Shown one piece after another: positions 1-12,412 of a stretch of 64,000 bases of DNA; position 1 is the stretch's first letter, and every line of letters begins with the position of its first letter. The translations under genes were made by a program, and so were the position numbers. The stretch is taken from NCBI GenBank assembly GCA_964016885.1, contig OZ024758.1, positions 32,674,001 to 32,738,000 on the forward strand. The letters are read 5' to 3'. A model generated the notes under the pieces. It was not told the origin of the DNA, did no database searches, and saw nothing but the letters and a program-made list of their open reading frames with translations. The DNA comes from Eledone cirrhosa (Eukaryota).

Positions 1-930
1 ACATGTAGCCCAAATGGGGTTCCTCTAAAGTGTCTATGGAGCAACATTACTCAATAGAGTGTGTAACTTAGCAATCAGGGAGTTGCACCAGGTAGAGTAA
101 ACTACTTCTCCAAATCAAGAGATCACAGCTCCAGTACTACAGACCTGTGGCTAGAATATATAAAAAAAGAATCATTAGAGAGATGTTTCGGGTAAAGCCA
201 ACCAGCAGGAGATCCAGATGTGGAGTGTTCAGCAAAGATCTATGAAATCGATTGGTCCTGTTAATATTTCACATTTTGGAATTGTGAATTAAAAAAAAAC
301 AACAACAAAAAAAAACTAAGAGAAATGCTAATATTTCCTCCAAAGAAAATAAGCAGTTTCCACCAAACTAGACATTTAAAATCATTTTAATCATGTTTAT
401 AACAGAATATTGGTTTCTTTATTAAAATTAATGCACGTAAAAATCTAGATACAACAAGGATTATTCTTTTACTGATATTTTGAGTCAATATATCTATATA
501 TCTCATGAGAATCCTTCATATATTTGTTTAAGCTACATTGGAAAAGGGAAAATTCTCCTCTAATACATAAAAGAGAAAAGATGATGATGATTAGGGAGAA
601 ATGAAGATAATGACAACAACAATGATAATGATGACGGTGAAACATTCTAGATAGTTTTTTTTGATTTGCCCTATGAGATAATATAGATTCTCAATGCAAA
701 GAATCTATACTTCATTAAGTGTGATGTCTTGCTTCTAAAGTTGAAAATTGATTTCCGCTGGGATTCAAGTACATATCTTTTTCTAGAAGTTGAATAAAAT
801 ATACAAGTTAATAATCAACTGAATAATTTTCTAAAGTCAAGCTCTTCTTATTCTCTCAAGTAAATGAGTATTTAGAATGTCATTATTTGTTATTATTATT
901 TTTATTATTATATAAAATAAATGTAATAAC

Positions 931-1060
931 CTCAGATCATTGAAGCTCACGGTGGAGATGACGAAGGACCGTGACGAGTGGAGAGATGCTGTGCTGAATA
1001 AGACCCGTCCCACCCTTGCAAGCAGGGAAGAGCGGACGTAAAATGATGATGATGATGATG
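931..1060 (+). mobile_element. RTE LINE 3' end fragment with (GAT)n tail
   Basis: Encodes [26 protein letters not shown], followed by GGACGTAAAA(TGA)n. Same end as the copies at 3745, 8402, 53863 and 61553. Confidence 0.85.
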
Positions 1061-1485
1061 AACCGCTGCTGCCACCACCACCACCACCACTACTACTACT
1101 ACTACTAGCAGTAGTAGTAGTAATATCATCATCATCAGCTTTACCATGATATTTTCAATAATTTTATGTGAGTTTCTGCTCCATCACCAGGTGTATCATT
1201 ATATTTCCAAGGTGTGTACAGAATTGTCTTTTGGGAATTTGGAATTGTGTTTGTATACTATACACCAGTTTTTCACTATATTGTGGAATTTGTTTTGTTG
1301 TTTCTAGCATTATTTTAATGTTTCCTATGTGTTGTCTTGGTTATATGTTATATTAATGCGTAGCAGCAACCTTGGTTTCTGTGTTTACAATAATTTTCAA
1401 TATGGCTTCCTCTTCAAGACCAGTGAAACATAGTAGCAAAAATGAGAGTAGAACTGAATAAGTCTCTTTGAAAGAAAACAATCAT

Positions 1486-1639
1486 TTAACCTGTTAATTT
1501 ACACAGCTACAGTTGCTGCGCCAAGTTTTTTTCAGTAAAATGAAGTTATGAACTGTTGTAAACAAGTTATCTCATCTGTGGCACTGGAATGCATACATGT
1601 TAAGATGAGTTATCTCGTCTACAGCACTAAAGAGGTTAA
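1486..1639. mobile_element. Possible piggyBac-type MITE
   Basis: TTAA-CCTGTTA ... TAAAGAGG-TTAA ends, with an internal duplication AGTTATCTCRTCT. Confidence 0.35.
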
Positions 1640-2740
1640 TCGTCAATCATTTAAAAAGAAGCAGAAGGCCAAGTTTTGTAGTGCAAAGTATATTTTAGTG
1701 AAGTAATCTGAATTTTATCTTCACTGGGGGTTCGCCTAAAAGAGGTAACATGTGATGCTTGTAAGGGTGCTTGCTTGATACTATATGTCTTATCTGTTTA
1801 ATATTCTTCAGGCTGCCACTAGTTGATTGTTATTACATGCATATCTGTATGTGTGTGTGTTTATGTGTATATATATCAGTAAATATAATATAATCCAATG
1901 TATATACCAGTGGTTCCCAATCTTTTCATTACCAAAGACTCTTTTATTTAAATGTATAATGCTGTGAGCATGCTGACTTGCCTCAAAAATTATTAGAGAG
2001 GTTCCCAGTGCTCCGCGTTATATTGTTATCTTTTGCTCTGGAAATGTTTCGTTTGTCTACCCCTTTTCATTCTCTTTTTTAATTATTTATACAACTCTTC
2101 AGTAAATAAAATTTTTTATAAATCTGAATATATTATTGCTACCTATTTTATCTAGCTTGAAGGATAGGACTTGCATCAAGAATATTGAGGGATGAAATAT
2201 TTAGATTAAAATAATATAGTTATTGAACAAGTAGGTGGTGTTAGGAAGGGATTGCAGCGAAAATGGGTTGAGAAAACCCTCCAGCTATGATATAACAGCA
2301 GTCATACCTGTTTTGCTTATTCAGGACTGGTGATGCTCCATTACAACCTCTCTAGAGCTAATGCCAAGAAAATGCACCTGGTACAACTTGTAAGATGGTT
2401 GGTGATAGGAAGGGCTATAGAAACCATACTAAAAAAGGTTTGAGAAAAAACCTTTCAGTTGTGTCATGGGCATGGCAATCTCTGCAGTGTTGGTGATAAA
2501 GGCAATAAATGTACCCAGAACACTCTGTAAATGGGATTGGTGATAGGAAGAGAAGGACCTCTAACTGTAGAAAACCCACCAAAGGATTAGGAGGAGTTTT
2601 CAGCTATATCAAAGATATGAAAACTTCCCTTGGAAAGAGATGTGAGAAAGGTCATTAGCACCAATTAAGTACTACCTTGGTCCGTAACAACCCAACTAAC
2701 CTTTAGTTAGTAGGCTAAATAGATGATGATGATGATTATA

Positions 2741-2962
2741 AAGGGCAGTGGATTGGCAGTATCAGTAGGGCATCGGACGCCATCCTTTGTGGCATAGTTA
2801 CGTCCCTTTATGTTCTGAGTTCAAATCCCGCTGAAGTTAGCTTTGCCTTTCATTCTTACAAGGTCAATAAAATAAAGCACCAGTAATGCAATGGGGTCGA
2901 TTTAATTGACTTTCCCCTCCCCTCAAAATTGCTGGCCTTGTGCCTATAGTAGAAATCATTAT
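2741..2962 (+). mobile_element. tRNA-derived SINE with Meta/MESC-like central domain
   Basis: Head GGCAGTGGATTGGCAG..GAGTTCAAATCC, central GCCTTTCATYCTTAC..GTCRATAAAATAAAGYACCAG, tail GCTGGCCTTGTGCC..(ATT)n. Several copies in the window. Confidence 0.75.
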
Positions 2963-3420
2963 TACTGGAACTAATGCCTCTTCTCCCCACCACATAAGTA
3001 TTATTAATTAATTACCACTGCCCATATCCACACACACCCTCACTACATTAAATATCTTGGTACTTACTTCACTCATGTCTACTTATTCTTCAAGTTGTCA
3101 CCTATAAAATGAAACTGTCTACTATCAGTACTTTCTCATAAATCCATTCTTCAAATACTCTTCTTTTGCAACACAATTTTTCACATTCCTCCACTAAATT
3201 TGATAGGTTTCTAAATATGAACACAAATTAACTTCTCATTAGTATCCAACAGTATACATTTTTTCAATGAGGAAATAATAGATTTTAGTCACAAAATAAA
3301 TATATTCAAACTGAATGTAAGATCATTTAAGTTTTAAATGCAAAAATCATTCTTTGCTTTTGCTAGTTCTTTCCAGTACAAGGTCATGGCTAATATATAT
3401 ATTTATATATATATATATAT

Positions 3421-3622
3421 ATATTTATTAAAATAACAGATTAAAGTTTAAGCAAAGAATCGCTGCTTTAAGAAGATCCCGTTAAGGGTGAAAGCAGCGA
3501 TTCTTTGCTTAAACTTTAATCTGTTATTTTAATAAATATTTGCTCTACGGTTCTTATATATTTGATATATATTTTCCTTATCGAGCCCTCTTTGGATTTT
3601 AGTCTTCAATTTTATTATTATT
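3421..3622 (+). mobile_element. Penelope-like pLTR fragment with 49-bp perfect fold-back and partial hammerhead
   Basis: Arms 3421-3469 and 3491-3539 are exact reverse complements. The sequence matches the hammerhead at 49032-49120. (TA)n lies on both sides. Confidence 0.65.
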
Positions 3623-3624
3623 AC

Positions 3625-3663
<39 letters not shown>

Positions 3664-3669
3664 ATATAC

Positions 3670-4379
3670 ACAGAGTGTCCCCCCCAAAATGTATACACAC
3701 TTTGATTACCTGTACAGGCAATATTTATTAGAATGATTATATGATGCCTGTGTGAGATGCGCGATGCTGCATGGTAGTGAGGCATGGGCAGCAACTGCAG
3801 AGGATATGCGACGGCTGGAGAGAAATGAAGCAAGTATGCTCCATTGGATGTGTTATGTCAATATACATGAATGAGTAAGCATGGATGAGCTGAGAGAGAA
3901 ACTGTGTATAAGAGGGATAAGTTGTAGTGTGCGGGAGAGAAGATTGTGTTGGTATGGAGATGTGATGTGCATGGAGGATGACTGCTGGGTAAAGAAGTGC
4001 CAAGAAATCCCAGTAGAAGGAAGACGCAGCAGAGGAAGACCACGTAAAACATGGGCGGAGGTGGTGAGAGGAGACCTCAGATCGCTGAAGCTTACGGAGG
4101 TGATGACAAAGGACCGTGACAAGTTGAGAGATGCTGTGCTGAATAGAACCCGTCTGACCCTTCCAAATAGGGAATAAGGACGTAAAATGATGATGATGAT
4201 GAATGCACAGCCTTTTTCAAAAATAAAATGATCTACAGACATAATTCAATTGTATATAAAACACCCAAAAATGTTTACATAATTTAAAAAATGCATCATC
4301 ATCATCTACAACAGAATTTATTTTAATGCATTTTTTTGTTGTTGAAGTGTGTATACATTATTATTGGGACACCTTCTGT
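3670..4379. mobile_element. Tc1/mariner-type MITE interrupted by an RTE fragment
   Basis: Imperfect TIRs CAGAGTGTCCC..ATGTATACACACTT and AAGTGTGTATACAT..GGGACACCTTCTG. A short relative lies at 23778-23862. Confidence 0.55.
3745..4202 (+). mobile_element. 5'-truncated RTE LINE 3' fragment
   Basis: ORF 3881-4177 (LCWYGDVMCMED..RGRPRKTWAEVV..DRDKLR) followed by a (GAT)n tail. Confidence 0.9.
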
Positions 4380-4420
4380 GTGTGTTTGTATATATATATA
4401 TGTATATATATAAACATAAT

Positions 4421-5030
4421 GTCAGGTCACCAGTTGGTGCTACTGGTAACATGTATCCCAGTACAACCTGTCCCATGGTCGGGTTGTGGGCGACTAAACT
4501 GGCAACCCCACCAAGGTTTCTTGGTGAGGAGGGTGACTTTGGACATCCTCCAGGACTAAAAACAAAACCTGTCAAAGGGCAAAGGAGCTCTTAAGAGTCA
4601 ATGGCCATCCAAAATCACCGGGAGAGATGACCACTTAGCCTTTGTCAAGGCAGAATTCTAGGAGAAGGAAAACTCTGATATAACACCTGCAACCCTGATG
4701 GTATCCAATGATGTTGACTTGTTCTTCTTTTTGGTAAATATCATCTTGGTTAAGAGAGTGGGACTGGCTTTGTGCAGTGCCTTTGCTCACTATAAAAGCT
4801 TCACGGCACAGGCATTGCTTTATATCTGGAGATCTCTCTGCACTTGTCATCACATGGTACCATGGGCCCAGCACTATGTGTCAATGATTGTACCAAGTGT
4901 AGTGTTTGTACCAGAGTTTTCAAATCACTGGCTGGACTAAAAAGTCACACTCGTTCAGCGCATCGGTAGGGGTTCTCCTACATGGATATAAAGTAGTGGC
5001 CATACTCGAAAACGAGTTGGCAGCCACCAT
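4421..5030 (+). mobile_element. Non-autonomous RTE derivative (5'UTR joined to 3' end), full length, with probable TSD
   Basis: Near-identical to 63332-63940 (minus). The 5' part is homologous to the RTE 5'UTR at 46440-46660 and the 3' part encodes [22 protein letters not shown]. Flanks are TATATATAAACATAAT and TATATATAAACAAAAT. Confidence 0.8.
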
Positions 5031-5353
5031 ATATATAAACAAAATTTGTTTTCACTCTAACGTAGTGGATACATAAATACATTTGGGAGTTTTCTATCGA
5101 ATAATATTTGATTCATTTGCAAGCAAACAGCCTATGTGTTTTAGATGACTATTGTCATCCTTTTGTTCTAGTGATATTATTATTTTTTAAAGTCAACAAT
5201 ATATGGTGTGTTCCAATATAAGCACCCCACATCAAACAAGAATCTATTAAGCTATTTATTGCCTCTGAAATGCGGCATAATAGGTAATAAAATGGAGTTG
5301 ATGTTTCCTTATATATATATATATATATATACCAATTATTGGTTCCTCAACTA

Positions 5354-5547
5354 ATAATTGTTTCTACTTTTGGCACAAGGCCAGCAATTATCCCTGTGTA
5401 TTACTGGTACTTTATTTTATCGACCCCGTAAGGATGAAAGGCAAAGTTAACCTCGGCAGGTTTTGAACTCAGACTATAAAGGGCCGTAACTCTTTGCTGC
5501 AAAGCATGGCGTCCGACCCTCTACCGATACTGCCAATCCACCGCCTT
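5354..5547 (-). mobile_element. Meta/MESC-like SINE
   Basis: Reverse complement of the 2741 family; near-identical to 6772-6956. Confidence 0.8.
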
Positions 5548-5640
5548 TTCCTCAACTAATAATAAACCGGAGACTCATGGGCAATATATTCTCCATCCTG
5601 TTGGCCAGGACCAAGAGGTGGAGGATGCTCGTTCGGACGT

Positions 5641-5733
5641 CACATACACACACGCACACAAATATATACATACATACACACACACATATATATATATATA
5701 TACATACGCATATATATATATATATACATACCT

Positions 5734-5764
<31 letters not shown>

Positions 5765-5771
5765 CATACAT

Positions 5772-5818
<47 letters not shown>

Positions 5819-5825
5819 CATACAT

Positions 5826-5858
<33 letters not shown>

Positions 5859-5909
5859 CATACATACACATATATATACATACACACACACATATATATA
5901 TACATACAT

Positions 5910-5944
<35 letters not shown>

Positions 5945-5945
5945 C
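5641..5945. repeat. (TA)n/(CA)n compound microsatellite
   Basis: Direct reading. Confidence 0.97.
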
Positions 5946-6259
5946 TGTATTCTTGTTAGAAACAGGACTGCTGATTTTTGTATCTTCATAAACTAAAAAT
6001 AATAATAATATTAATACTACTACTAATAATAATAACAACTATTGAAACCAAATCAAGTGGTGATTATAGGCTATTTGGCACTGGATCAATTAGCTATATA
6101 ATAACATTTTATTAGCTAATTTTCTCTGCAGATTGTAGCTTAGCAATGGAATCATCTCAGTCAATGATTTAACATTGATTTCTAAAGAATAAAACTTACA
6201 AATATAAACATTCCAAATATATTAATGATTTAAATAACAAAATTGAAACACATTTTCTT

Positions 6260-6532
6260 TACTCTCAGGAGAGAAAGAAGGGGGGGGGTGATAGATGTGG
6301 AGAAGGGAGCGGTGGGGTAGAGGAGGAGAGGGGACGTGGTAGAGAAGGGGAGAGAGAGAGGAGAGAAAGGGGGAGATTGATAGATAGAGGGAGAAAGAGG
6401 GGGAGATTGATAGAGAGGAGATGAGGGAGGGAGGGGGAGAGGGAAAGAAAGACGAGAGAAAGAGAGAGATGGATAGAGAAGGAGAGAGGAGAGAGATGGA
6501 AGAAAGAGAAATAGAGAATGAGGGGGAGAGAG
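6260..6532. repeat. GA-rich polypurine tract
   Basis: About 270 nt almost entirely A/G on the plus strand. Confidence 0.9.
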
Positions 6533-6771
6533 ATTGGTTAAAGGGCACAAACTGAAATGATACTATTTGAATCACGTTTACATACATCAGTTGACATAAT
6601 CAACATAGCAAACATTGGAAAGCATTGGTAGACATTTTAGCTGAGAGTAAAACCGAATAAATGGCAGAAAAATTCTGACCCCAACCAGCAGAATATAAAC
6701 TGAATATAAACATATAAACTAGAATTGGGAAGAAAAAAAAACCTTTTTAAAATTGCATGCAAGATATATTA

Positions 6772-6956
6772 TTATAATTGTTTCTATTTCTGGCACAAGA
6801 CCAGCAATTATCCCAGTGTATTACTGGTACTTTATTTTATCGACCCCGTAAGGATAAAAGGCAAAGTTAACCTCGGCAGGATTTGAACTCAGACCATAAT
6901 GGGCCGTAACTCTTTGCTGCAAAGCATAGCGTCTGACCCTCTACCGATACTGCCAA
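6772..6956 (-). mobile_element. Meta/MESC-like SINE
   Basis: Near-identical to 5354-5547. Confidence 0.8.
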
Positions 6957-6962
6957 TATATA

Positions 6963-7155
6963 TATCATCATCATCATCGTTTAACGTCCATCTTCCATGC
7001 TAGCATCGGTTAGACAGTTTTGTTCCATTTGATGCGGGAATGGTCAGGAGACATTGTCTTGCTCATACAGAAGTGTCTCTGGCAGGTTTTTTTACAGCTG
7101 GATGCCCTTCCTAACACCAACCACATTTACAATGTGGACTGGGAGCCTTTTTACC
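6963..7155 (-). mobile_element. RTE 3'UTR/SINE-tail fragment
   Basis: (CAT)n-CGTTTAACGTCC..GGATGCCCTTCCTAACACCAACC, as in the RTE 3'UTR at 41000-41170. Confidence 0.75.
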
Positions 7156-7215
7156 ATATCTCCTAGGGCGGTGGATTGCTGGCCTTGTGCTTAAATCAGT
7201 AACCATTATATCTAT

Positions 7216-8390
7216 CTAGGGCGGGTAAAATTCCTGAGATCCATGGACGAGTTCTCTCCAGCGGTCTCTGTCCCTCATTATCGCTGCCATGTCCTGCGTC
7301 TCCAACAGACCAGTGTCTGTCCTTAGGGCATCAACATACGTTAACCTTGGTCTTCCTCTTCCAGTGTGTCCATGTAGGAGCTCCCACAGGAGCACTGAGT
7401 GCAATGTCAACTCTGGATGTCGGTGAGCATGTCCAGCTAACCTCAGTCTCCTCTGTGTTACTTTTGAGCTGACTTTTGGGAGACTCCCATACAGCTCTGA
7501 GTTTTTCATCCTCAGTGTATACTGATTAATGTTCAGAGCCATCCTCAGCATTCTCGTGTAGCATCCATCCACCATCTGAGTGAGTTTCTTGGTCAGTGTC
7601 CAAGTCTCAGACCCGTACAGCAGCACAGACTCCACTACAGCAATGAAGAGGCGGATTTTCAGGTCTTTACGAAGGTCCGACTTCCACACCAATCTCAAGC
7701 TGTGGCATGCCGCCCAGGCTTTGCTCTTCCTCTCAACCACATCATCTTCCGTATTCCCAATCTTTGCTCCCAAATACAGGAAGTCCTCAACCAATTCTAG
7801 CGGCTTCCCGCCTACATTAGTGATCCCCTCTGGCTTCTCAATATTCTCTACCAGATATTTTGTTTTAGTCTCATTCATTCTCAGTCCCACACTCATCGAA
7901 ACAGTTTCAACCTCCTGCATCAAATCCTCTGCCTCCTTCACTGTATTTGTCACCAAAACTATGTTGTCGGCAAATTCAGCATCTGATACCTTTTTTGTCT
8001 TAACTCTCCTGCTCTGAGCCGGTGTTACAGTAAAGCCAGAGTACTGGTGTTTCTCCAGTGCAAGGCGCATACAATAGTCCACTATGATGATAAAAAGGTA
8101 GGGAGCCAATGTATCTCCCTGGAGCACTCCAGCCAGTATCTCAAAGAACTCTGTCGTCCCATCAGGTGTAATGACTTGGGCTTTGGTGTTGGTGTAGAGC
8201 AGTGATATCAGATCCACTATCTTCTTGGGGATTCCATAAGCCTGTAAGATCTTCATCAGGCAGTGACGGTCCACAGAATCAAAGGCCTTCCTAAAGTCAA
8301 TGAAAATCATGACCGCAGGAAGGCACTTTGCTCTAGCTCCCTCTAATATCCATCTCAGCATCAGGATGTGACTGGTGGTTGATCTTCCCT
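7216..8390 (-). mobile_element. 5'-truncated RTE-clade LINE; RT and C-terminus open for 381 aa
   Basis: FIDFRKAFDSV, GVLQGDTLAPYLF, FADNIVL (catalytic FADD mutated to FADN), FLYLG, SVLLYGSETW, GRGRP. A different family from the other RTEs here. Confidence 0.92.
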
Positions 8391-8401
8391 ATTATATATA
8401 T

Positions 8402-9260
8402 ATCATCATCATCATCATTTTACGCCCGCTTTTCCCCGCTTGCAAGGGTGGGACGGGTCCTATTCAGCACAGCATCTCTCCATTCTTCACAGTTCTTTGT
8501 CATCTCCTCCGTGAGCTTCAGCGATCTGAGGTCTGCTCTTACCATCTCCGTCCATGTTTTTTGTGGTCTTCCTTCTACTGGGATTTCTTGGCACTTCTTT
8601 ACTCATCGGTCATCCTCCATGCGCATCACATGTCCATACCAACGCAGTCTTCTCTCCCGCACACCACAACTTATCCCTCTTATACCCAGTTTCTCTCTCA
8701 ACTCATCTATGCTTGGTCGTTCACGCACATTGACATTGCACATTCAACGGAGCGTGCTTGTTTCATTTCTCTTCAGCTGTCGCATATCCTCTGCAGTTGC
8801 TGCCCATGTCTCACTACCATGCAGTATCGCGCATCTCACGCAAGCATCATATAACCGACCTTCCGTTTGTAGGAAGAAACCCTTCTTTGTCAACAGAGGA
8901 AGCAGCTCTCTAAACTTCTTCCAACCCGTCCTTATTTTAGATACTATGGCCTCGGAGCACCCTCCTCCCTTGCTAATCTGATCACCTAGGTACCGGAAGC
9001 TATCAACCACCTGCATTTGAAAAATGTGTCTATCACTGCGACTTCTACTGTTAAATATCCCTGTACATCAACTGCATATGTAGTTTTGCCTACCTGTTAG
9101 TTTGCCTGCTATCCCACTATATCTCTTGTGTACCCAAGATTTGCATTGTGTACATTTTATAGAATTTATGCCAACTCCTTTCCTACATATCGAACATGGC
9201 CATTTCGCTGATGGAATCAGAGTTTTGTCCTCTTTTCTACTTATCAACACCTTATGAGCA
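8402..9260 (-). mobile_element. Decayed RTE 3' fragment of the PHD-bearing family
   Basis: [36 protein letters not shown] and LHGSETW motifs; (CAT)n tail. Confidence 0.9.
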
Positions 9261-9268
9261 CAACAACA

Positions 9269-9301
<33 letters not shown>

Positions 9302-9764
9302 TTAATGAGGCTGTGGATTAACTGTATCGCTAGAGCATATTTGGTGATTTTATAAGATTGGTTGTATACCACACTATGACTTCTGTTGTAATTTGTTGTT
9401 AATGTGTGCATTGAATTCATAGTACAAGGTACGGCATGGCCAATGCTGGCCAGACTTGATTCTCCACACAAATGACCTGTCTGACCCTTGCAAGCATGGA
9501 AAATGGACATAAAATAGTGATGATGATGATAACGACGTATACAACATGTATACAACCAAAGCCAGTCCAAATCCTCTAAAAGTCTAAAGTCAGGCTTGAG
9601 CCTAGAGGTTCATCAGGCCAGTGCTTATCCCAGTTTTCAAGGCATTAAGTGACTAAGCGTACAATACTCCCCTGGACAGGACACCAGTCCATTGCAGGGT
9701 TAAACTCCCAGCTATTGCTGGAATATTTTCTACAAAGTTTTATTGCAATAGCAATTTCTATAAA

Positions 9765-10088
9765 CGGTGGAACCTTGGTTCACAAACTTAATTCCTTCCT
9801 GAAGGTCATTTGTCACCTGAAATGTTTGTAAACTGAAACTATTTTTCCCATACGAAATGTTGAGAGAGAAATACAGTGAGAGATAGTGACTGTATGTGAA
9901 AGACAGATAGATATCACCACAGTAACTAACTACACATCAAGTGATGCTTTCCTGACGATACTCCCAGCTTGTTGCCAACTGTTGTTGTTGGCTTGTGTGT
10001 TTGTCACTTGAGATGTTTTATGTTCGGAAAAAACTGTTTGTCAGCTGATTTGTTTGGTGAGAGGTGTCCGTGAGCTGAGGTTCCTCTG
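9765..10088. mobile_element. pogo/Tigger-like MITE
   Basis: TIRs CGGTGGAACCTTGGTTCAC and GTGAGCTGAGGTTCCTCTG-TA. Confidence 0.6.
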
Positions 10089-11049
10089 TATATTTCAAAT
10101 AAGAAATAGATATGTAAAAACCTAATGAAGAAAATTAATTCCAAATACAAATACTTTTGAAAATGATATAGTATCTTAAAGAAAGATAGTGACACAGGTT
10201 CACCTCTTAATTTTAGGTAGGACATTTAAAAAAAAAAAAGAAATTAATACAAACATCATAGCTGTGCTGGAATAAAATGGACCTGAAGTATTCAAAAATA
10301 AGTTATCAGAAAAATCTTCTCTGTTGACAAAGTTAAATTACCTTCACTATAGAAGATAGTTAAGCAAGTGACAAATATATATAACTGCAGCACTGAACCT
10401 ATGATTAGTGCCAGAATTTAACATTTAACTAGGAAATATTTGGAATACAAGGAAGAGTTGATTACTATTGAAAATCAACAGACTGTAGAAAAAACATTAC
10501 CTTTCATACCAGAATAATTGCTAAGATGAATAACAATAGTGACAACATAACAAAGCTAATGATGCTTATACAGATTCATACTCTCTCTTTTGCTTTCTCT
10601 CTTTCTCCCCACTCTCTCTCTTTATCATCCCATCTTTCCCTTCTCTCACTCTCTCCCCTGTTTCACCCTCTCCCTTATCACTCTCTCTCACCCCCTCTTT
10701 CACTCACTCTTACCCTCTCCACTATATCTCTTTGTCCCCCTCCCCCCACCTCATTAGCATATCCTTGGAAGTATTACAAGGGAATAATGTTCAGTTCTGT
10801 CAGTAACCTTCTCTGTAGGAGTTAAACATTTCTAATGATTTCAATGGTCATTAACAATGTAAGTAAAGTGAAATGATTAAAACCAATAGATTTCGAGTGT
10901 TGAAGAACTCAGCTGGCTCAGCCATTCCAATGGTCCTCACATGTTTCACTTATTTTGTGAGATCTTCAGCAAATCATCTAATTCCTTCTGTGACTGTATT
11001 TTATAGTGAAGACTTTAAGATGTTATGTTTTCTTCGTTTTCATTATTCT

Positions 11050-11337
11050 AAAGTCTGTCTTCTGCCCAGAGGCTCATCAGACGAGTGCTTATCCCAGTTT
11101 CCGTGGTGTTAAGCGACTGAGAGTACAAGTCTCCTCTCCTCCCTGGACAGGACACCAGTCCATTGTGGGGTTAAAACTCCAACTATTGCTGGTACTCATT
11201 TTTCAAGTGAGTATACTGGAGCAATGTGAAATGAAGTGTTTTACTCAAGAACACAACACACAACCCAGTCCAGGCATGAAAGCCATGGCATTATGATCAT
11301 AAGTTCAACACACTTACCACTAGGTCACACACCTCCA
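11050..11337 (-). mobile_element. tRNA/CORE-related SINE, second subfamily (partial copy at 9580-9722)
   Basis: Degenerate tRNA head and CORE-like CTTGAGTAAAACACTTCATTTCACATTGCTCCAG. The tail is shared with 9580-9722. Confidence 0.65.
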
Positions 11338-12084
11338 TTTGTTTTCATTATTGCTCAAGGAAGTCATCATTATCGGCTAATGTCTGTTTTCCCTGCTAGC
11401 AAGGCTAGAATCAAGTAAGATTTTAAACCAATGTGTTCGTCATTTAGTTATTTATTCAGTTCAATGATTTGTAACTCTTGTCATTTCCTGACCCTGGGGA
11501 TGATATCTTTTTCCTCACTGAGATATATTTAGCTTATATTATCGACATAAAATACTTTAGATATGTGCCATTGTCTGGCATAAAGAGGATTAGAAGATAG
11601 CTTAGGTTACAAATCTCTTTATTGATTTTTAATAAACCTTGAAAAATTTCAGGTAAGTGATGGAGTGTTTCTATGAGATTTTGGACGATACTTTTTAAAT
11701 TCCATCTTGTTATGATGAGAGGAGATTGTAAGAGTCACCTTCATCTTCCCATTATTAATGATATCCACAATATTAGAAAAGATGTCTACTATATTGTTTT
11801 GTCTGGTTGAATAGCAGGCCATTTGTTTTGTTGACAGTGTGTTAATGGGGTCAAGCAGAGATTTTGTCTGCCTGCACTCACACTAAAAGAATGTGACATC
11901 CTCAGGTCATTTGATGAAGAGTGACACACCTCAATAATTGGTGTGCTAATCCAAATTGGTCAATACTTTATTTCACTGAAGTTTTGATCAAATTTTATGG
12001 AAAGATTTGATGCATCTGGAAGGCAATGTGTTGTACCTATAACTACTGTTTAGTACCTTTATATCAACCATATTTAGTACCTTT

Positions 12085-12412
12085 ATCATCATTATATGTC
12101 CACTTTCCCTGCTTGCAAGGGTGGGACGGGAACTGATTCTGGCTTGATTTCTACAGCTGGATGCCCTTCCTAACACCAACCTCATTTACAGTGAGTGCTG
12201 GGTGCTTTTTGCTGTGGCACCTCCACGTCCACTTTGCAGTGGAATGATAGGGACCCTAGTCCCTATCATCTCATTTCTACAGCTGAGTAAACTGGAGCAA
12301 TGTGAAATAAAGTGTCTTGCTCAAGGAAACAACACATCACCCGGTCTGAGAATTGAACTCACAACCTTTCGATTGCAAGGCTAATGCTCTAACCACTAAG
12401 CCATGTGTCTCC
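12085..12412 (-). mobile_element. tRNA-derived CORE-SINE with RTE 3' tail
   Basis: A box TGGCTTAGTGG, B box GAGTTCAATTC, CORE CCTTGAGCAAGACACTT..CAGCTGTAGAAATG, and RTE tail CCCACCCTTGCAAGCAGGG..(GAT)n. Confidence 0.88.

Noticed and set aside
2030-2110. CTGAAGA...GAAAC on the minus strand
   Set aside because: Stems I and II have several mismatches; at best a very old relic.
4421-4510. Possible HDV-like ribozyme at the 5' end of the RTE derivative (GGTCG..CGACTAA-ACTGG)
   Set aside because: P4 and CUAA-like parts are present, but no P1/P3/L3 fit was found. Alternative pairings are broken in the copy at about 63860-63900.
5255-5310. GAAATGCGGCATA, a hammerhead 3' half
   Set aside because: No CUGANGA upstream; only a truncated fragment.
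11055-11085. CTGATGA-GCC-TCTG-GGC on the minus strand (also near 9610)
   Set aside because: Followed by AGAAG, not GAAA. It is part of a SINE tail and stems I and III are absent.
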